A program made the translations under genes and the position numbers. Of a stretch of 64,000 nucleotides of DNA, positions 60,101-64,000 are shown in pieces. The notes below the pieces were generated by a model that saw only the letters and a program-made list of their open reading frames with translations, ran no database searches and had not been told where the DNA came from. The stretch comes from Rikenellaceae bacterium DTU001. GTDB lineage: Bacteria; Bacteroidota; Bacteroidia; Bacteroidales; DTU049. The stretch's first letter is position 1. Each line of letters begins with the position of its first letter. The stretch is from NCBI GenBank assembly GCA_001512885.1, contig LFSZ01000043.1, positions 2,314 to 66,313 on the forward strand, given 5' to 3'.

Positions 60101-60616
60101 TTATAATCCGAGATTCATCTTAATATCATTAGTAATATCGAGTTTATTATCATAAAACAACAAAGTAGTATTATTAGAAATATCAAAAATAGCACCCATA
60201 CGATTTTTTTTGGCATAATCATTAATAGCTTCATAAAGTTGATTTTGAATAGGTTGCAAAAGGGCTTTTCTTCTTTGAAATAGCTCACCTTCTGGTCCGA
60301 AGTATTTCTTTTGTAATTCTTTTGCAGCTTTTTCAGCTTCTACGATTTCGTTTTCTCTTTTTATTTTTTCATTTTGTGGTAAAAGATATGCTTCAGCTTG
60401 ATATTTTCTATACATTTGATCTATTTCAGCATATTTTTGTTCCAGTTCTTGTTGCCATTGAGCACTCAGATTATCTAACTGATTAATAGCATTTTGGTAT
60501 GCAGGCATTTGTTCTAAAATGTATTGTGTATCTACAAACCCTATTTTAGTTGGGCTCTGTGCTATCAGTCCCACACTAAAAAAAACTAATAAAATTAATG
60601 GAATTAACTTTTTCAT
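60101..60616 (-). CDS. Skp/OmpH periplasmic chaperone
   Basis: 'KIGFVDTQYIL..MP', 'FGPEGEL'. Start moved to ATG 60616 (MKKLIPL signal peptide). Confidence 0.9.
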   Translation of the reverse strand: MKKLIPLILLVFFSVGLIAQSPTKIGFVDTQYILEQMPAYQNAINQLDNLSAQWQQELEQKYAEIDQMYRKYQAEAYLLPQNEKIKRENEIVEAEKAAKELQKKYFGPEGELFQRRKALLQPIQNQLYEAINDYAKKNRMGAIFDISNNTTLLFYDNKLDITNDIKMNLGL

Positions 60617-60629
60617 AATTATATTTTTT

Positions 60630-63149
60630 TTAATCAATTGACGCATTAATAGAAAAATGGAATTGTCCTTGATATTTTTTATTTGCAAATGTATTATCAA
60701 AAGGTATGCCAAAATCTAGACCAAGTAAACCAAACATAGGCATATAAAGTCTCACACCAATACCAGCAGATTTCAAGGTGTTGAAGGGTTGAAATTCTTT
60801 TATATTTACCCATGCATTACCAGCTTCTACAAAGCCGAGCAAATATATAGTAGCCATCGGATTCATAGACAAAGGATAACGCATTTCTAAAGTATATTTT
60901 GCATAAATAGTGCCACCAATATAATTGCCCTTTGGATCTCTAGGAGTTAAAACTTGATTAGCATAACCTCGCATACCTATTACTTCTCTGCCATCCAGAG
61001 AAAAACCAGATAGTCCATCTCCACCCAAATAAAATCTTTCAAAAGGAGATAACCCAATATCTCTATTGTACATTCCCATCAAACCAAATTTAGCTCTTGC
61101 CATTAATACCCATTTACCATATACATTTGTATAATTTTCTAATTCTATCTTCCACTTGTGATATTCTATCCATCTAAATTTGACAGAATCAGGCAATTCA
61201 CTCCAATTTTTTTTCTTAAAAAATGAATATGGCGGAGTTATATTTAATGATAAATAAATAGAACTACCACTTTTGGGATAAATAGGTGAATCCGTAGAAT
61301 TTCTACTAAAAGATACACCAATATTAAAATTATTAGCAACTCCATTTTGAAATGTGAGAACTTGGTAATATTTATCTAATTTATAATGTTGATAATTCAC
61401 TGTAATAAATAGACGAGAGAAATCGTCAGGTTTTTTTAGTTTTAGACCTAATCCAACGCTAGCACCGGTGATTGAAATTTCTTGTCTTTGTAATAAAGTG
61501 CCTTCGGAATTATAAGTGCCATCCTTTTTTTTGCTAATACCATTAGATTCTAATGAATGATAAATAGAAATAGATAAAGCATTTGGTTTTTTACCCCCTA
61601 ACCATGGCTCCATAAAGCTAAAACTATAAGCTTGATAATATTGTCCATTGGTTTGAGCTCTTATAGCTAAAATTTGCCCATCACCTGACGGTATAGGTCT
61701 CCAAGCATCTTTTTTAAATATATTTTTTAATGAAAAATTATTAAGTACGAGTCCCAATGTACCGACAAATCTGCCAAGTCCCCATCCACCACTAAGTTCT
61801 ATTTGATTAGTTGATATTTCTTCTACTACATATTCTAGATCTACAGTGCCAGCTGATGGATCAGGATTCATATTTACATTTAATTCTTCTTGATTAAAAA
61901 AACGCATCTGTGCTAGTTCCATCTGTGTGCGAATAATATCTGAACGTTTAAAAAGATCTCCAGGTTTGCTACGCACTTCTCTTAAGATCACTCTATCATT
62001 TGTAACTGTATTTCCTATTACTGATACTTTGTTTATAGTAGCTTGCTTACCCTCATATATTTGTATTTCTATATCTATGCTATCATTTTCTATATTTACA
62101 ATTACTGGATTCATTTGAAAAAATAAATAACCATTGTCCATATATAGAGCAGCTACATCCAGCCCGTTAGGATTTGCAAAAAGGTTTGTTTGCAATAATT
62201 TCTCGTTATATGTATCGCCTTTTTTAATTTGTAATATTTGATTTAGTGTCTCAGACGAATATTTTGTATTGCCTACCCAAGTAATATTTCTAAAATAATA
62301 TTTTTTGCCCTCTTCTAGGTAAATATCAATTTTAAGACTTTTATTATTAATGGGGTATATAGAATCTTTTAAAATGATAGCATCTTTGTATCCCAACTCT
62401 GCATATTTATTTATGATATTAGCTTTATCTTTTTCATAATTAGCTAAAATAAATTTAGAAGATTTGAAAATATTAAAAATATTTTTTTCTTTTGTATCTT
62501 TCATAGCCTTTTTTAGTTTTTTATCAGTTAATACTTGATTACCTTCAAAATTTATTTCTTCTATTTTTACTCTTGGACCTTTGTCTATGTTTATATATAG
62601 TGTAGAGCGACCTTTTGCTGATGTGTCTGGTATTTGGTCGATTTTTACTTTTATATTATGAAATCCTTTATCAATGTAATGTTTTTCTATTTTATTTTTT
62701 ACATTTTCTATCAAAAACTCTGTAATAATATCACCAGTTTGGATATTTATTTTTTCTTTTAATGAATTAGCTTCATTTTTTTTAACACCTTCTATTACAA
62801 AACTTGATACTCTATCCTTCTCTTCGATATAAATATCTAAATATATCGTATTGGCAGCACGTGATACCACAGATATTTCAATAGTTTCAAACATTCCTTG
62901 CTTGTATAAATTTTTAATAGCTTTTTGAATATCTTCGCCTGGTATAGTAATTTTTTTGCCTGGAACCAAATCGCTAATCAATATTATCAGATCTTTAGAC
63001 TCTTCATTTTGCAAGCCAGATACTGTAACACCACCAATAATATACTCTTTTGGTAGTCTGTAATCTATATCAATTATTTGCCCTATCGAGCTAAAAGTTA
63101 TTATAAATAACAGTAAAAATAAAGCGAGGGTTTTTTTATACATAAACAA
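60630..63149 (-). CDS. bamA: Outer membrane protein assembly factor BamA
   Basis: POTRA repeats, 'ERFYLGGDGL', 'MRGY', 'SAGIGVR..MPMFGLLGLDFG'. Confidence 0.95.
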   Translation of the reverse strand: MFMYKKTLALFLLLFIITFSSIGQIIDIDYRLPKEYIIGGVTVSGLQNEESKDLIILISDLVPGKKITIPGEDIQKAIKNLYKQGMFETIEISVVSRAANTIYLDIYIEEKDRVSSFVIEGVKKNEANSLKEKINIQTGDIITEFLIENVKNKIEKHYIDKGFHNIKVKIDQIPDTSAKGRSTLYINIDKGPRVKIEEINFEGNQVLTDKKLKKAMKDTKEKNIFNIFKSSKFILANYEKDKANIINKYAELGYKDAIILKDSIYPINNKSLKIDIYLEEGKKYYFRNITWVGNTKYSSETLNQILQIKKGDTYNEKLLQTNLFANPNGLDVAALYMDNGYLFFQMNPVIVNIENDSIDIEIQIYEGKQATINKVSVIGNTVTNDRVILREVRSKPGDLFKRSDIIRTQMELAQMRFFNQEELNVNMNPDPSAGTVDLEYVVEEISTNQIELSGGWGLGRFVGTLGLVLNNFSLKNIFKKDAWRPIPSGDGQILAIRAQTNGQYYQAYSFSFMEPWLGGKKPNALSISIYHSLESNGISKKKDGTYNSEGTLLQRQEISITGASVGLGLKLKKPDDFSRLFITVNYQHYKLDKYYQVLTFQNGVANNFNIGVSFSRNSTDSPIYPKSGSSIYLSLNITPPYSFFKKKNWSELPDSVKFRWIEYHKWKIELENYTNVYGKWVLMARAKFGLMGMYNRDIGLSPFERFYLGGDGLSGFSLDGREVIGMRGYANQVLTPRDPKGNYIGGTIYAKYTLEMRYPLSMNPMATIYLLGFVEAGNAWVNIKEFQPFNTLKSAGIGVRLYMPMFGLLGLDFGIPFDNTFANKKYQGQFHFSINASID

Positions 63150-63250
63150 ATTTTTATGTTAATTTAAAAATAAATCAACTTGCAAAAATATAATATTGTA
63201 TCCATATCATGTAGCTAAAAAAAAATTTTAATATAAAAATCTCATAAAAT

Positions 63251-63967
63251 TCAAATTTTACCATATCTTCTTTTACGATTATAAAAGTCAGCTATAGCTT
63301 CTTCAAATTCACTTTCATCAAAATCGGGCCATAGAGTATCAGTGAAATACAATTCACTATAAGCAGACTGGAAAAGTAAGAAATTAGAAAATCTTTTTTC
63401 TCCAGAAGTACGAATTATCAGATCAGGATCAGGTAATTCAGGTAAATATAGATATTGTCTGAAACTATCAACGTTTATATCATCAATAGTCATCTGATCA
63501 TTAAGAATTTTTTGAGAAATAGCTTTAGTGGCATCTACTATTTCCTGTCGGGAGCCATAGCTCATAGCTATTACAAGTGTAAGGTGATTGTTGTCAGCAG
63601 TTTGACTTTCTAGTAATGATACACCTTCTTGAATATCAGGAGGCAATAGAGACAAAGTCCCCATAAATTTTACTTTTACACCATTGGCAATTAATTCATC
63701 AGAATAGGTATTAATAGCCTTATCAAAAAGTGAAAATAAATACATAACCTCATCTTGTGGTCTACCCCAATTTTCTATAGAAAAAGCAAACAAAGTTAAA
63801 TATTTAATGCCCATCTCACCAGCTTTATTAATTATTTTTTTAGCAGCATCAATACCAGCTTCATGTCCTTTAACTCGAGGCAAACCTCTTATTGATGCCC
63901 ATCTTCCATTACCATCCATGATGATGGCTACATGAAGTGGTAGATTATTAAATAAATTTTGTTTCAT
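63251..63967 (-). CDS. uppS: Undecaprenyl diphosphate synthase
   Basis: HVAIIMDGNGRWA, FSIENW.RP, IRTSGE.RFSNFLL, LWPDF. Confidence 0.96.
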   Translation of the reverse strand: MKQNLFNNLPLHVAIIMDGNGRWASIRGLPRVKGHEAGIDAAKKIINKAGEMGIKYLTLFAFSIENWGRPQDEVMYLFSLFDKAINTYSDELIANGVKVKFMGTLSLLPPDIQEGVSLLESQTADNNHLTLVIAMSYGSRQEIVDATKAISQKILNDQMTIDDINVDSFRQYLYLPELPDPDLIIRTSGEKRFSNFLLFQSAYSELYFTDTLWPDFDESEFEEAIADFYNRKRRYGKI

Positions 63968-64000
63968 AATATATCAGAATCTAATTTTTTCTTTACTTTT

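Noticed and set aside
4379..62118. Short ORFs lying antisense within long genes (e.g. 4379-4588, 8484-8792, 12854-13084, 35139-35459, 56841-57185, 61927-62118)
   Set aside because: They are shadows of well-supported genes on the opposite strand and have no motifs of their own.
59511..63967. Tandem skp genes after bamA and uppS
   Set aside because: This is a conserved Bacteroidota gene order.
1..64000. CRISPR arrays, IS elements, prophage, alternative genetic code
   Set aside because: I saw no repeat-spacer arrays, transposases, integrases or phage genes, and conserved genes are full length under the standard code with all three stop codons used.

Overview
An AT-rich bacterial chromosome segment using the standard genetic code, with no CRISPR array or mobile element seen. 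It is almost certainly an anaerobic member of the Bacteroidota, based on TAnnTTTG promoter elements ahead of most genes, T9SS-associated genes, a FeoA-FeoB fusion and the uppS-bamA-skp-skp block. Most of the window is housekeeping (lipB, trxB, ackA, truA, topA, htpX, rplU/rpmA, thiL, feoB, lolD, tatD, gyrA, rpsT, tRNA-Glu, bamA, uppS), plus a rubredoxin gene that the ORF track missed. The standout is a tightly coupled locus at about 3.5-12.7 kb. It encodes a HydC/HydB/HydA-like trimer that keeps nearly all Fe-S cysteines but has lost the residues for the [2Fe]H catalytic site and has altered FMN/NAD motifs. This is followed by a group C sensory [FeFe]-hydrogenase fused to a histidine kinase, a single-domain receiver, a receiver-kinase hybrid, Rex and a RibF-like protein with an eroded kinase domain. 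Tandem Rex-like operators overlap the promoter. I read it as a candidate pseudo-hydrogenase H2/redox signalling system, which is inference from motifs read by eye with no database searches.
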